64,000 bases of DNA from Octopus vulgaris (GCA_951406725.2 OX597823.1:54932001-54996000), one strand, 5' to 3'; shown: positions 13,430 through 27,545, numbered from the stretch's first letter. Numbers and translations are program-made. Notes: a model not told the origin generated them from the letters alone.

Positions 13430-13905
13430 TCTATGCAATTTTCATAGTTCAAGAGGATGGCTGCTGGAAGACCCTATGTCTGGCAACAGGACTCTCTGCT
13501 CCATTCCACACAAGCAGGAGAAACCCAGTCATGGATGTCAGACAATTTCTGCAACCACAGCACCCCTAACATCTGGCCACCTAACTCCCCTGACTACAAT
13601 CCCCTTGATTATTATGTGTGGGATGCAGTTGAGTGAAAGACCAACAAACTCCTTGTAACACCAAAGATGAACTGAAGGCAAGGATTATAGCAGCATTCAC
13701 CAACTTAAACAAGGAGACTGTCCAGAAGCGTTGCAGGAGATTCTGAAGTTGTCTGGAGGCCAATGGCGAATTTATTGAATAAATTTACTCATTACTATTT
13801 CAAGATATTCTTATGTAATTTTGGTAAATATATCTGTTAAAATGAAATGTTAATATTATTTTCATTTTTGCATAATTTTGACGACAGTTTATTCACCGCA
13901 CTCTG
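13430..13905 (+). mobile_element. DD37D (maT-like) Tc1/mariner 3' fragment with right TIR
   Basis: Translates to PYVWQQDS...IWPPNSPDYNPLDYYVWDAVE...NGEFIE*. Ends ...gtttattcaccgcactctg|ta. Homologous to the copies at 29965 and 49899. Confidence 0.88.
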
Positions 13906-14167
13906 TATATATGTTTATATATATATTTATATGTGTAGATATATGTGTATATAAATATACCTGTTCACCACAGCAGAATTGATATCGGTGCAGGTGCTAT
14001 ATAAAAAGCACCCAGTACACTCTGTGGAGTGGTTGGCATTAGGAAGGGCATCCAGCCATAGAAATCATGTCAGAACAGACAGTAGAGTCTGGTGTGGCTC
14101 CCAACCCTTACAGACTCCTGTCTAACTGTCGAACCCATATCAGCATGGAAAACAAACATTGAATGAA

Positions 14168-14199
<32 letters not shown>

Positions 14200-14434
14200 G
14201 CCTGGTGCACTCCTCAGTCAAACAGTCCAATCCATACCAGTATGGAAAGCAGATGTAAAACGATGATAATGATGATGATAATGATGATGATGATGATGAT
14301 ATATATTCCTTTCTATAGACGAACCTAAACTCAAAATGTCAAAGACTCTTCCATCTTTCCTGAACATGAAACTAATACACCTAGTTTGTTGTTCCTTGTT
14401 GCTGTTTTTTTTTTTTTTTTTTGAGTGTGTGTGA

Positions 14435-14470
<36 letters not shown>

Positions 14471-14571
14471 TCTTGTGTATGTATGTGTGTGTATATATAT
14501 ATATATACACACATGTATATGTATGAATGTATTTGTGTGTGCAGATATACACATGTAAATATCTATATCTT

Positions 14572-14612
<41 letters not shown>

Positions 14613-15293
14613 TATATATATATATATAATTATATATATGTGTGTGTGAAGAGAGGGAGAGACAGAGGGAGAGACAGAGCAAGAGAAAGAGTCATAGCCA
14701 CATACTTATTAAGCCTATACTTAGTCTTAGACACACACACATGCACACATACACAGACACACACACACACACACAGATATACAGATACAAGACAAACTAT
14801 GGAAGCAGACTTTAAATCAAATATGGTTGCTTAGTAGTAAATAAATTTTGACATTGATCTTTCACTTGATGTTAAGACCACTTGGCTATGTACACAGTAT
14901 ATTGTATAAGTAAACTGTACTTTTGTCAGCTATCTCATAGAGTGGAAGCTGTGCTTTCATTGGGATTACAATTAATCTACTTCATGTACTTGATTGGTTA
15001 ACTTTACTTTCGTTTTACTTTTATTTCTTTTATCTAATTTTACTTTATTCTTTGAGTGTCACATGAGGGTCAAAGTGGGATGCCAAAATATAAAAAAAAT
15101 AACACTCTGCTCAACATCAATAAATAACATAGGCGCAGGAGTGGCTTTGCGGAAACTAGTTTGCTTACCAACCACATGGTTCCGGGTTCAGTCCCACTGT
15201 GTGGCACCTTGGGTAAGTGTCTTCCACGAGAGTCTCGGTCGACCAAAGTTTTGTGAGTGGAATTTGGAAGACGGAAACTGAAAGAAGCCTGTC

Positions 15294-15355
<62 letters not shown>

Positions 15356-15553
15356 ATATATATGTATGTATATATATATATATGTATGTATATATATATA
15401 TATGTATAAATATACGTTTTATTTATTATTTTGCACATTACTTAATCATTGTTATATGGTTTATCTTATATTTAATCTTTCTATAATATGGAATTTTTCT
15501 AAATGGTATAATTTAATTTTTCTTTATTGAATTGATAAAAGGTGTTTTTTTTC

Positions 15554-15906
<353 letters not shown>

Positions 15907-15928
15907 CAAAAAAAAAAAAAAAAAAAAT

Positions 15929-16058
15929 ATGTATGTATTTATGTATGTATGTATGTATGTATGTATGTATGTATGTATGTATGTATGTATGTATGTATGT
16001 ATGTATGTATGTATGTATGTATGTATGTATGTATGTATGTATGTATGTATGTATGTAT
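15929..16058. repeat. (TATG)n, about 130 bp
   Basis: Direct reading. Confidence 0.97.
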
Positions 16059-16881
16059 ATGTTTGTGTGTCTGTGTTTGTACCCTCAACATCACTTGACA
16101 ACTTGCCTTTTGAACCTAAAAGGATTTGATAAGATAACTACCAGCCCAGTCAAGCACTGGGGTTGATATAAAATTGACTTATCTCCTCCTTGAAATTACT
16201 GGCCTTCTGCCAAAATTTGAAACCAATATAATATGGCTGCATAAGGTGATGAGCTGGCAAAAATGTTGATATGCTGGGCAAAATGATTAGCCATATTTCA
16301 CCTGTCTTTACATTCTGAGTTCAAATTTTATTGAGCCCAAAAGGATGGAAAACAAAGTCGACTTCAGCAGAATTTGAACTCAGAACATAAATATGGATGA
16401 AATGCTGTTAAGCATTTTATCTGGCATACTGATGGTACTGCTAGCTCACTTCATTAGGATTGCAATAAAATACCGATTTCAAATTCTGGCACAAGGCCTG
16501 CAATTTTGGGTTTGGGGATAAGTCGATTACATCAACCCCCAGTGCCCAAATGGTATTTATTTTGTCAACCCCAAAATGATGAAAGGAAAAGTTGACCCTG
16601 GCCCACTTAAAGACAGACAACATGCTGTTAAGTATTTCACCTGGTGCATCAATGATTCTGCCAGTTTGCTGCCTTCAAGACTGCAATAGAATATTGCAAA
16701 GCAGTTAGTTGACTATTACTTTTTCTGCTGACTTTGGGGAAGTTTTGGTTTTTAATTTTAGCACTGGACTATAAATGACCCTCAAAAATTGAAGTACATG
16801 TATAATTGAATTTCCTTTCTTGATAACTATTTTTCAGGTAGCCTCACTCTGTTAGAAATAGCAACCAAATTTTCCTTAAAA

Positions 16882-17644
16882 TTACATTAACGTCTTAATG
16901 AAAACGGACTGATGTATTGAAACCATAGGAATGTGGAAAGCAAAGTCCACTTGAGTAGCAGAACACAAAGAGTAGTAATTAAATACAAGATAATTAGTCT
17001 GCTCTCTAATATCTTTAAAAGAACACTTAATGAATTAAAAGCTATCCCACCCCCGACAAAAAAGATCATAAAAAATATACACAAAAAATATTGTATCAAA
17101 GTATTCCAAAAACCAATTGAGCAGAAACGATAATCCCATTAGGATTAGCTGCATGATAATCCTAAGTATAAACACACTTATTAAAATCTATAATGCAACA
17201 TATGAACACTAACAAATGAGCTGCTATTTTGTGGCTCATCCTGCTAGAAATACTAGTCAAACATCTTTCAAATTACAACCAACTGTCTTAGATATAGAAG
17301 TCTTCATTGAATAATTTCATTGGCAATTGTAGTTGTGATACCTGTGTCGGTGGCACGTAAAAAGCACCATCCGAATGTGGCCGATGCCAGCGCTGCCTTG
17401 ACTTGCTTCTGTGCCGGTGGCATGTAAAAAGCACCAACCGATTGTGGCCACTGTCAATCTCCCCTGGCACCTGTGCCAGTGGCACGCAAAAAGCATCCAC
17501 AACACTTTTAAAGATATTAGAGAGCAGACTAATTATCTTGTATTTAATTACTACTCTTTGTGTTCTGCTACTCAAGTGGACTTTGCTTTCCACATTCCTA
17601 TGGTTTCAATACATCAGTCCGTTTTCATTAAGACGTTAATGTAA
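16882..17644. repeat. Perfect 140-bp inverted duplication (16882-17021 / 17505-17644)
   Basis: Base-by-base reverse-complement identity. Also visible as the duplicated peptides in the ORF track. Confidence 0.95.
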
Positions 17645-17788
17645 GGGCATCCAGCTGTAGAAAAACTGCCAGATCAGACTGGAGCTTGGTGCAGCCTCCG
17701 GGCTTCCCAGACCCCGGTCGAACCGTCCAACCTGTGCTAGCATGGAAAACGGACATTAAATGATGATGATGATGATGATGCTGATGAT
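17315..17788 (+). mobile_element. RTE LINE 3' UTR fragment carrying a 140-bp foreign insert
   Basis: Same UTR family with (GAT)n tail, interrupted at 17505-17644. Confidence 0.8.
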
Positions 17789-18045
17789 ATACATTGCCTG
17801 AAAAAAAAAAATATATAAAGATTTACTGCTAGAAAACCTTTCAATAACAAAGTTAACCTCTAACCATTTATATGCACACACACCACACATTAATGTTTGT
17901 TCCTATATTGAGATATGATAAAAACCAGTTTTACATTAAACTGAAGAATCACTCTATACTTTTTGTAAAATACATATTTATTATACTTCTACAAGAAGAG
18001 TGATGAGAGCAATTTTGAAGTTTTGGGTTTCTAGCTTTCATCTCA

Positions 18046-18108
<63 letters not shown>

Positions 18109-18744
18109 CTCTATCTATCTCTCTATCTATCTATCTCACTACACACACACACACATATATGATTAATGAGAGACAGAAGATGGCATATAGAGTTTTTATC
18201 GATCACTACAATTATTTCGACCTATCTAGCCACAGCCCTTCAAAGGTGGGGTACTGAACAGCTGATTTAGGTGTACCTTTCAAATGGGTTTTGGGATATT
18301 TTGATAAAGTAATGTTTTGTGTGCATTCATTATTATTTTTTTTTTGTGAGATGCAGGCTGAACCCAGAACCATGTGGTTGTAAAACAAGTTTCTTACTAC
18401 ACAACCATGCCTGTGCTTAAAAGTGAGATGTTTATAGCACTTATGTTTCACAAGGTGTCACCCATCTAAGTACTCAGTAAGCTCAATATTGCTTAACTTT
18501 GGTGGTTGGATGTGAGCCATGTCTGGGGCACAATCTGGAAGGGATCAGTCAAATAAATTGACTCCAGTAATTATATTTGTTTAAAGTGTCCATTTATTCT
18601 ATCAATTTCTTTTTGCTGAACCATTAAGTTACAGGGATAGAAAAAAAAACCCAAGACAAGTTCTCAAGTAGTGGTGGGGGAAAACACAAATGTATTTATA
18701 CATATATATATATAATCAAAATAAGCAACAAGAATGACTCCGGT

Positions 18745-18836
18745 AATTTGGTACGATCGTTTCGTACTACATCATTTTATTAAATGTTGTAAGTATTACA
18801 ACAGTTTTAAAATGCTGAACACTCATCAGCCAATTA
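18745..18836 (-). ncRNA. Type I hammerhead ribozyme motif with extended helix II
   Basis: Minus strand: uugg CUGAUGA [59-nt hairpin] GAAAC gauc GUA ccaa. Confidence 0.85.
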
Positions 18837-19538
18837 TAGTGGTTTTCTATTAATACAAAAATTTTCATATCAAGTGGCAACATTATAGAGAAGGTAGATA
18901 TATAGACAAAGATGTGGACTTAAATTTTAAGAACATTTGAGGTAGTGGAGCCCATCAACTGACTGACTAAGATTCGGTTGATCCAGACTACTATATATAT
19001 ATATATATTGCATATGTATGTATGCATGTATCTGTATACACGCACACACATAAATATAATGTTTTTTTTAAGGACTCCAACATTGACACACACCATTTAC
19101 ACATCTTGTCCATTGATCTAACAGTCTAATTGATTTCTCAAGTAGTTCTGTTTATCCTACACTCCAGTCTTTTGATTTTACCCCCACTGACTATTGCAAA
19201 CTACAAAAGGACACAATTATGGATTGATGCATCAACAAACAATATATGCATATATATGCACACACACACACACTTGCATACAGACATATTCATACATAAT
19301 AGATTTTTGTATGCTTGTATGCATACACACGCAGACTTATTACAGCCTCTGTATTTATATACATATATATATATGTACACATATATATACATATACATAC
19401 ATATATATATATACATACATACATATATATATATATACATATATATACATACATACATATATATATACATATATATATATATACATACATATATATATAT
19501 ATGATATGTACATACTATATATATATATATGGATACAT

Positions 19539-19570
<32 letters not shown>

Positions 19571-19594
19571 GTATACATATACACACACACGCAA

Positions 19595-19640
<46 letters not shown>

Positions 19641-20418
19641 TATATACATATACAATGTATGCATGAGAGTATCTATGTATTTACAAAAGTATAGACACAC
19701 AGACTAGCATTAAATATAGATAATCTCCAAATGTTTTATACTTTGTCTTAGATGTACATATATTTTTGGAAATCATTCTTCTTTGTTCATAATATGGATG
19801 AACGTGTGTTTTTTTTTATTTTTGCAATTTTGTGTATATAAAGTAATTTATGCATTTACGTTTGTGGTGGTTATATCATTATTTTATATTTATGCCCTTT
19901 TCTTTTTAAACTTGTAAACTGCCAATTACTATTAGAACAAACAATACACAAGTGCAATAACGACTGCTACAACAATTACAATAACAACAACAACAATTGC
20001 TTTTTGCGGTGCTACTATGATGTATATAATGCAAGTGATATCAACTACAATAACATGGAAAAAAAAAAAAACAGCATTCATTCATTGGGAAAGGAAAACA
20101 TTAAAAACAGAAGCCGTATGAATGATATTAACAAGAAAAATGGAAAAGAGACAAATAGCAAAATCAAAAATAAAAAGACACTTATAATAAATTGAGCCAA
20201 AGAAAGACAGCCTAGACATTGGAACTTTAGTTATAGATTCATATTACATACTGCTTAAATAAGAAAAACTTAAAAAAAAAAAAACACAGACACAAATAGC
20301 ACAGACTTCCTAAAACGAAAACCAAAACTATACCACCACCACCATCACCACCACCACAACCACTGCCACCGTCCTCCTTATCCTCTCCCTCCTCCCTCTC
20401 ATCATCATCATCTACAAT

Positions 20419-20584
20419 AGGCGCAGGAGTGGCTGTGTGGTAAGTAGCTTGCTAACCAGCCACATAGTTCCGGGTTCAGTCCCACTGCGTGGCATCTTAG
20501 GCAAGTGTCATCTGCTATAGCCCCGGGCCGACCAATGCCTTCTGAGTGGATTTGGTAGACGGAAACTGAAAGAAGCCCGTCGTA

Positions 20585-20629
<45 letters not shown>

Positions 20630-20830
20630 CTGTGTTTGTCCCCCTAGCATTGCTTGACAACCGATGCTGGTGTGTTTACGTCCCCGTCACTTAGCGGTTC
20701 GGCAAAAGAGACCGATAGAATAAGTACTGGGCTTACAAAAGAATAAGTCTCAGGGTCGATTTGCTCGATTAAAGGCGGTGCTCCAGCATGGCCGCAGTCA
20801 AATGACTGAAACAAGTAAAAGAGTAAAGAG
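20419..20830 (+). mobile_element. tRNA-derived SINE family A, full length
   Basis: A-box-like tggctgtgtggtaag, B-box-like gggttcagtccc, CORE-like ggcaagtgtc, internal (TA)/(TG) tract, (gtaaaaga) tail. Many other copies occur in the window. Confidence 0.9.
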
Positions 20831-23530
20831 TAAAAAAGAGTATACCCATCGCCATCACTACCACCACCATCATCATCATACATCTGTGTTCTATGTAGGC
20901 ATGGGTTAGACCAATTGTCAGCTTCAGTATCAATAAACTTATTCAGAGTTACCATCATTGTAGACAGGTCAGGTAGCCATGTCATGATTGGTTTCTATTG
21001 CTGGATGCTCTTCCTATTGCCCATTAGTCTACAGAGTGCTCTGGATACATTTTATTGTGGCACCAGCACTAGAGAGGTTGTCATGTTCTCAACAAAATGA
21101 ATGAGTCTTTTTTATCCTACATTATCCTTTCGCATTCACTAACCATTATTCCCATTACGTATTACTTTTCTAAATGTAACTTGCAGTTTACAAGTTTAAA
21201 GGAACCATGTATAACAAATAAATACTATGCATATGGACACAAATATCATTGCACCAAAAATAACAAAATTGTAGCAATAAGTGTCGGCGTGGGTTTATGG
21301 TAAGAAGCTTGCTCCCCAACCACATAGTTTAGGATTCAGTCTCACTGTGTGACACCTTGGGCAAGTGTCTTCTACTATCACCTTGGGCCAACCAAAGCCT
21401 TGAGAAGGGATTTGGTTGACAGAAATTGAAAGAATTGAAATAAAGGCGGCGAGCTGGCAGAAACGTTAACACGCTGGGCAAAATGCCTAGTGGTATTGCG
21501 AAATACCTAGTGGTTGATAAATTAAGTACCAGTTACGTTCTGGGGTCAATGTAATTGACTTAATCCTTTTATCTGTCCCTGTCTGTCTCCTCTATGTTTA
21601 GCCCTTTGTGGGCAATAAAGCAATAAGAAATTGAAAGAAGCCAATTGTATATATATATATATATATATAAACGATGATGATGATGATATATATATATATA
21701 TATAGTGTTGATATCATGCAAAAGTGTTGTAAGTCCAAAATGTTGCTTTTTCAGAAAACTAAAAAATAGTTTCACCATTTCATAGCAAAATATATATAAA
21801 TCTGTGTTTGTCTTAGTGCATGTCTTCTACCAGTGCTTGACCACCAGTATTGGTTTGTTTACATACATGTGACTTAGCAGTTAAGCAAAAGAAACTGACA
21901 GAATAAATACCAGACTTTGAAAGAAAAAGTACTGGCATTAATTTGTTTGACTAAGCCCTTCAAAGTAGTGCCCCAATAAGGCTACAGTTCAATGACTGAC
22001 ACAAGCTGAAGATAAAAATAGATAAATCGAACATACATCATCATTTGACGTCCATTTTCCATGCTGGTATGGGTTGGACGGTTTGACTGAAAACTAGTAA
22101 GCTGAGTAGCTGCACCAGGTTCCAATCTGATTTGGCATGGTTTCAACAGCTGGATGCCCTTCCTAACACCAAGCACTCCAAGAGTGTAGTGAATGCTCTC
22201 TATGTGCCACTGGCACTAATGCCAATTACGAAACACCGGCATCTGCCATGACTGTGATCTCACCTGGCTTGACAGGTCTTCTCAAGCACAGTGTATTCTT
22301 TTCTACTTTAGGCACAAGGCCTGAAATTTTGGGGGAGTGGGGGGGGCAGTCGATTAGATCAACCCAGTACACAACTGGTACTTAATTTATCAACCCTGAA
22401 AGGATGAAAGGCAAAGCCGACCTCGGTGGAATTTGAACTCAGAACGTAAAGACTGACGAAATACCTGCTAAGCATATTGCCCTGTCAGCTCGCCATCTTC
22501 AAGCACAGCATATTACCAAAGGTTTTGATCATTTGTCACTGCCTCTGTGAGGCCCAAAGTTGGAAGGGTGCTTTTTATGTGCCACTGACCCAGCTGCCAG
22601 TTAGGTGACACCTGTCTATATAAACAAACTGTAGAAATAGGCATAAATAACACAGTGTAAAGCTACTTCTTACATACCAAAACAATAGTATAAAACAGTG
22701 TAGAAAAAGGGACCTTTGATGTGGTTGTTTGAATCATTAAAGATAGAAGCTAAATACCCCTCAAATCACTCCTTACCATTTTAGAGAAAGATAGGACACA
22801 TGGGGTAGCCATGTGTCTCCTTTAGAGTAAGACATCTGTCTCTCCTCCTTTGTCATATTTTAATCTCTCATCACCAGGCACTAATCCATCTCCCTCAAAT
22901 ACTTCTCGCCCTTCAGTTGAAGGGTTTCATCTTGCAAGTTATTGAGTGATCTTGCTGGTACCGATGCCATGTAAAAAGCAACCTGTACTTTCTGTAAAGT
23001 GGTTGGTGTTAAAAAGGGCATCCAACTATAGAAACCATATCAAAGCAGACAGAGTGGAGCTTTGAGTAGTCTTCTGGTTCATCAGCTCCTGTCAAATCAT
23101 CCCACCCATGAAAGCATGGAAAACAGATATTAGAGGGTCATGATTATGAGAATGATTATGATTATGATGATGATGATGATGATAACATTATTATTTAAAA
23201 GATGGGATGGTCATGACTGGAATTATTTTCATCAAAGGTCAGCTCATCAGCTTGGCCAAGGTTGACCTGTGGCTAAATACGAACAAAGCTTACAGCAATA
23301 ACCTCTTTCTTTCTATCTTTCTCCTCACACATACATAAACACATCATTAATACCACCACCTCCACTAGCACCTAAGTCTTTACTGAAGAAATAAAACCAC
23401 CTCAGAAGTGTGGCAACTGAGACAAACAAATGCAGAATTGATATCATAATAAAACTACACTAAGCAAAACTGAAAAATAAATAAACTGCAGAATTCAACA
23501 GCTACAAAATCATAAACAAATACACACACA

Positions 23531-23567
<37 letters not shown>

Positions 23568-23623
23568 ACACAGACACACACACAGACACACCATACGCAC
23601 TCATACATACACATGTAAATACA

Positions 23624-23668
<45 letters not shown>

Positions 23669-23704
23669 AGATATACATACACACACATGCATATACATAT
23701 ATGC

Positions 23705-23743
<39 letters not shown>

Positions 23744-23838
23744 CGTTTGTGTATGTGTATATATGTGTGTGCATGTATACACACATATATATATGAATAT
23801 ATACATGCATGTATATATATGTACATAAATATATGTGC

Positions 23839-23877
<39 letters not shown>

Positions 23878-23925
23878 TATATATACATGTATATATGTGC
23901 ATATATATATGTATATATATATATA

Positions 23926-23967
<42 letters not shown>

Positions 23968-24559
23968 TATATATATATATATAACAAATACCTCAAATTA
24001 TTCTTAATGTGTCTCTGTTGGTTAGTGGTAATCATTAGAAATACTTTTTGGTAAAAATTCCTATATTTAGATAACTGAAGATTTAAAGATAATGCTCCTT
24101 TGAAGTAAATACCTAATAATAAGCTTTCACTTAATGATAACTGTCTTCCTTATTTTTCTCTGATGTTCTGGACACTTTTCTTTTCTTCTACACTTTGTTT
24201 TTTTTTTAAAAATTTATTTTACATTTCTTCTCCTTCAGTTGCCATTGTACCGAAGAAGAAGAAAATTGGAATTAGTTGTTGCTTTTGCTACTGTTGTTGT
24301 TGTTGTTGTTGCTGTTTTAGTAGTTTAGGCCTGAGGTCAGCTCTGATTAACGAGAACCTATGATTAAAAAAACATTGCAAACATGATCACACAGTTCTAT
24401 TTTTCTAGCGTAATGTACCCCAGACTACAACATTCAATGTGTAGTTCTGGTTTTTAAGATGGTAAGGTGATAACTGAAGAGAGATTTGGGCTACTATTTC
24501 TAGCTGCTTGAATGACCAGTGAGTCACATTTTCTCCAAGTGTTATGTCACTATCAGAGT

Positions 24560-25042
24560 TCTTTACTGCTGTCACAGGGTTGTTACCTCATAATTGTAAT
24601 GTTACACCATCATCATGTTACATTACTATCATAATGTTACGTAACTGCTGCAAATGTTACACTACTCTTACACTATTATGGTATTACACTAACACCGTTG
24701 TTTTAACCATTGTTACAAATGATACTAGTGTCACAGTGTTACAACACTATGACAATGTTACACTGTCGTTATGGTGTTACACCATTATCATAACTCTGCT
24801 GTGTTAAACTATTGTTACAATGTTACATCATCATTGCAGTGTTACACTATTATTACAACATTAGTGTTACATCACTGTCACAATGTTACAGTATAATTGT
24901 GGTATTACATCATTATCACAACATTAGTGTTTCATCACTGTCACAATGTTACACTATCATTGCAGTGCTACATCATTTTCACATTACAGTGTCATGTTAC
25001 TGTCACAATGTTACACCATTATTATGGTGTTATATCATTTTT
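24560..25042. repeat. Degenerate 19-bp minisatellite with 63-bp higher-order unit
   Basis: Units such as gtgttacatcactgtcaca and atgttacactatcattgca, with an acatta spacer every third unit in 24820-24980. Confidence 0.75.
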
Positions 25043-25072
25043 CGATGCTATTATTATTATTATTATTATTAT

Positions 25073-25627
25073 TGAGTGAGAGAGCAGTTCATGCCATCAA
25101 AGTGACACTGGGGTAAAATATACGAAGCCCAATATACCCATCATGACTACCCGTCTGATAAAGGTACACCAGGCACATGCATCACAACCATATGTGCGCG
25201 ACATGGTGATCTCATATCAAGATAAACAGCACATGACCTTGCAGGTGGGGCCCAGTTAGAATTTTCTTCAGGTTGAGTAGCCCATCCCGCTCAAACGGTC
25301 CCTGAATAAGGGTTGTTTAAGGATGTTGAAAGAACCACCCATGTTTCCAGAGGTGAACTATTCAAACCCCAAAGAATCCCTCTCAACACATGGCTATGAT
25401 GCTCCCCCACTACTTCTGCTCGTGATCAGAGATGCACATATCGTCAGCCACTAAGGGACATGCTCAACTGGTTAAGGTCAAACAACTGACAAGCAAATCT
25501 GTGGTATTGAGCAGAATATTTGCTGTAGCCCATCTTTTATACCAAGACAAAACAATGTACATGATAACACTTCCAATCAGTTAAGATCAGAAGCCATGAG
25601 AGCCACTGCCTGGTACTGCATCAGGGC

Positions 25628-25630
<3 letters not shown>
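25073..25630. mobile_element. Unclassified ~560-bp element inserted in (TTA)n
   Basis: Complex, comparatively GC-rich block bounded on both sides by (TTA)n. No ORF and no TIR seen. Confidence 0.55.
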
Positions 25631-25686
<56 letters not shown>

Positions 25687-25693
25687 TTATTAT

Positions 25694-25835
25694 TCAGGTC
25701 ACTGCCTGGAATCAAACTTGGAATCTTGGTGTTAGTAGCCTGTGCTCTTAACCACTATGCCATATGTCTGTGGGCATAGTGATTAAGAGTGTGGGCTACT
25801 AACACCAAGATTCCGAGTTCAATTCCAGGCAGTTA

Positions 25836-25840
<5 letters not shown>
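25694..25840. mobile_element. Palindromic head-to-head pair of short tRNA-like (SINE-like) units
   Basis: Two inverted arms of about 68 bp, each with A-box-like ggcatagtggttaag, B-box-like gagttcaattcc and a (TAA)n tail. Confidence 0.75.
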
Positions 25841-25874
<34 letters not shown>

Positions 25875-25884
25875 TAATAATAAT

Positions 25885-26035
25885 AAAATTGCACTACTAG
25901 GCACTGCACACATCCTACGCAGAACACTTTCCATACAATAACCATCAGAGCATCACAACAAATCACAGCACATACCCAAGGCACACAGAGCTGCGCTCGG
26001 TAGTGAAGTGAAAGCACGCTATAAAAATAAAACTA

Positions 26036-26040
<5 letters not shown>
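25885..26040 (+). mobile_element. Dong/R4-clade LINE 3' end in (TAA)n
   Basis: Reads KIALLGTAHILRRTLSIQ*, typical of the R4/Dong C-terminus. Flanked by (TAA)n on both sides. Confidence 0.8.
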
Positions 26041-26075
<35 letters not shown>

Positions 26076-27545
26076 TCACACAGCTGGTGTGAGAGCTGTT
26101 TGGATAAAAAGGGGCATAAAAAATGCTACAGTGGGGTCAAAAGAATCTATACATTCTCTGGTAGCATCAATACTTCTTGGCACCATACGAAGAAGTAATC
26201 ATCCAGTTGACAGCCAGCTAACAAAGGGAAGTTTTTACGTTCACTTTTCCATGGCTGCATGGGTTGAACAGAGTTTTATCGAGGCAGATTTTCACTGGTT
26301 TTCCTGCTGTCCAAGCCTTGCTTATCTTCAAGCAAGGTAATATTTTCCCATGTTTATGCAGAATATTGGAAATGAGTGATATTCATTTACAACAATCATG
26401 CAATGTCAAGACAAGGAAACACACACACACACACACACACACATACACACACACACGCACGCACACACACACATATGTATATATACAATGGGCTTCTTGA
26501 AGTTTTCCATCTATCAAGTACATTCAACATGCTTTTGGTTGTTCTGGAACTATAGTAGCAAAGACATTTGCCCAAGGTGCAACACAGTGAGGACTTCAAA
26601 CCATGTGATTGAGAAGCAAACTTCTCAACCACACACCAACACCATACATGTGTGTGTGTGTGTGGGGGGGGGGGTATTAGATAAAGTTTCTTCATGTGGC
26701 ATATAGACTCATAGGGCCAGTTTCTGTGGTGTATATATTCCTCCCCTGGATTGAATGCCGGCCCATCACAAAATTACTCATTTTTGCCAGTTGAGTGAAG
26801 TGGAGCATCATGAAATGAAGTGTTTTGTTCAAGAACACGTGTTGCTTGATCTTGGAATTGAAACCACAATCTTACAATCATGAGTCAAATACCCTAACAA
26901 CTATGCCACGTGTACCTCCATGTATATATATATATTTATATAGAAATATATATATGCATGTATGTGTATGTGTGTGTGTGTGTGTGTATGTGTGCATATA
27001 TATATATATATATATATAAATTAAATTAGAGATAAAACCACTATTAGGCAAATCAAACTGAAAAACATAAACCAAAACATAGAAATAAAAATATTTAATA
27101 TAATATACAAAATATATAAAATATAAAATTTTAATTATTTATATATATATTAAAAAGTCAGTAAAAGAAAATGGAGAAGAAAAGTTTTTAAATGCTTGGT
27201 TTATTTTATTTGTATTACAATTGGATAAGTAATGCAAATTAAAAGATGCAACAATGTACCTATAAGAGTATAAATGGAACTGCCTCAACCAACAAAATAA
27301 CCCCCAAAATATCCCCACAAAAGGTATTCTACATACAATATATATGTTTCGATAAAACAATATTTAAGAATCATCACTTAGTATAACTTTAAAAGAAGCA
27401 ATAATCTGTATATTGTTAGATCTCTTCAGGAAAAATGAGTGTATTTTAGTCTTGAGCAACAAAATAACTTATTTGACTTATTTGAAAGCAATGTTTAGAT
27501 ATTTTTAACAAACCCTTACATGGATATTGCATCCTCAAATTCTGA

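Noticed and set aside
25420-25452. Minus-strand CTGACGA in the TTA-embedded element
   Set aside because: No downstream GAAA with paired helices.
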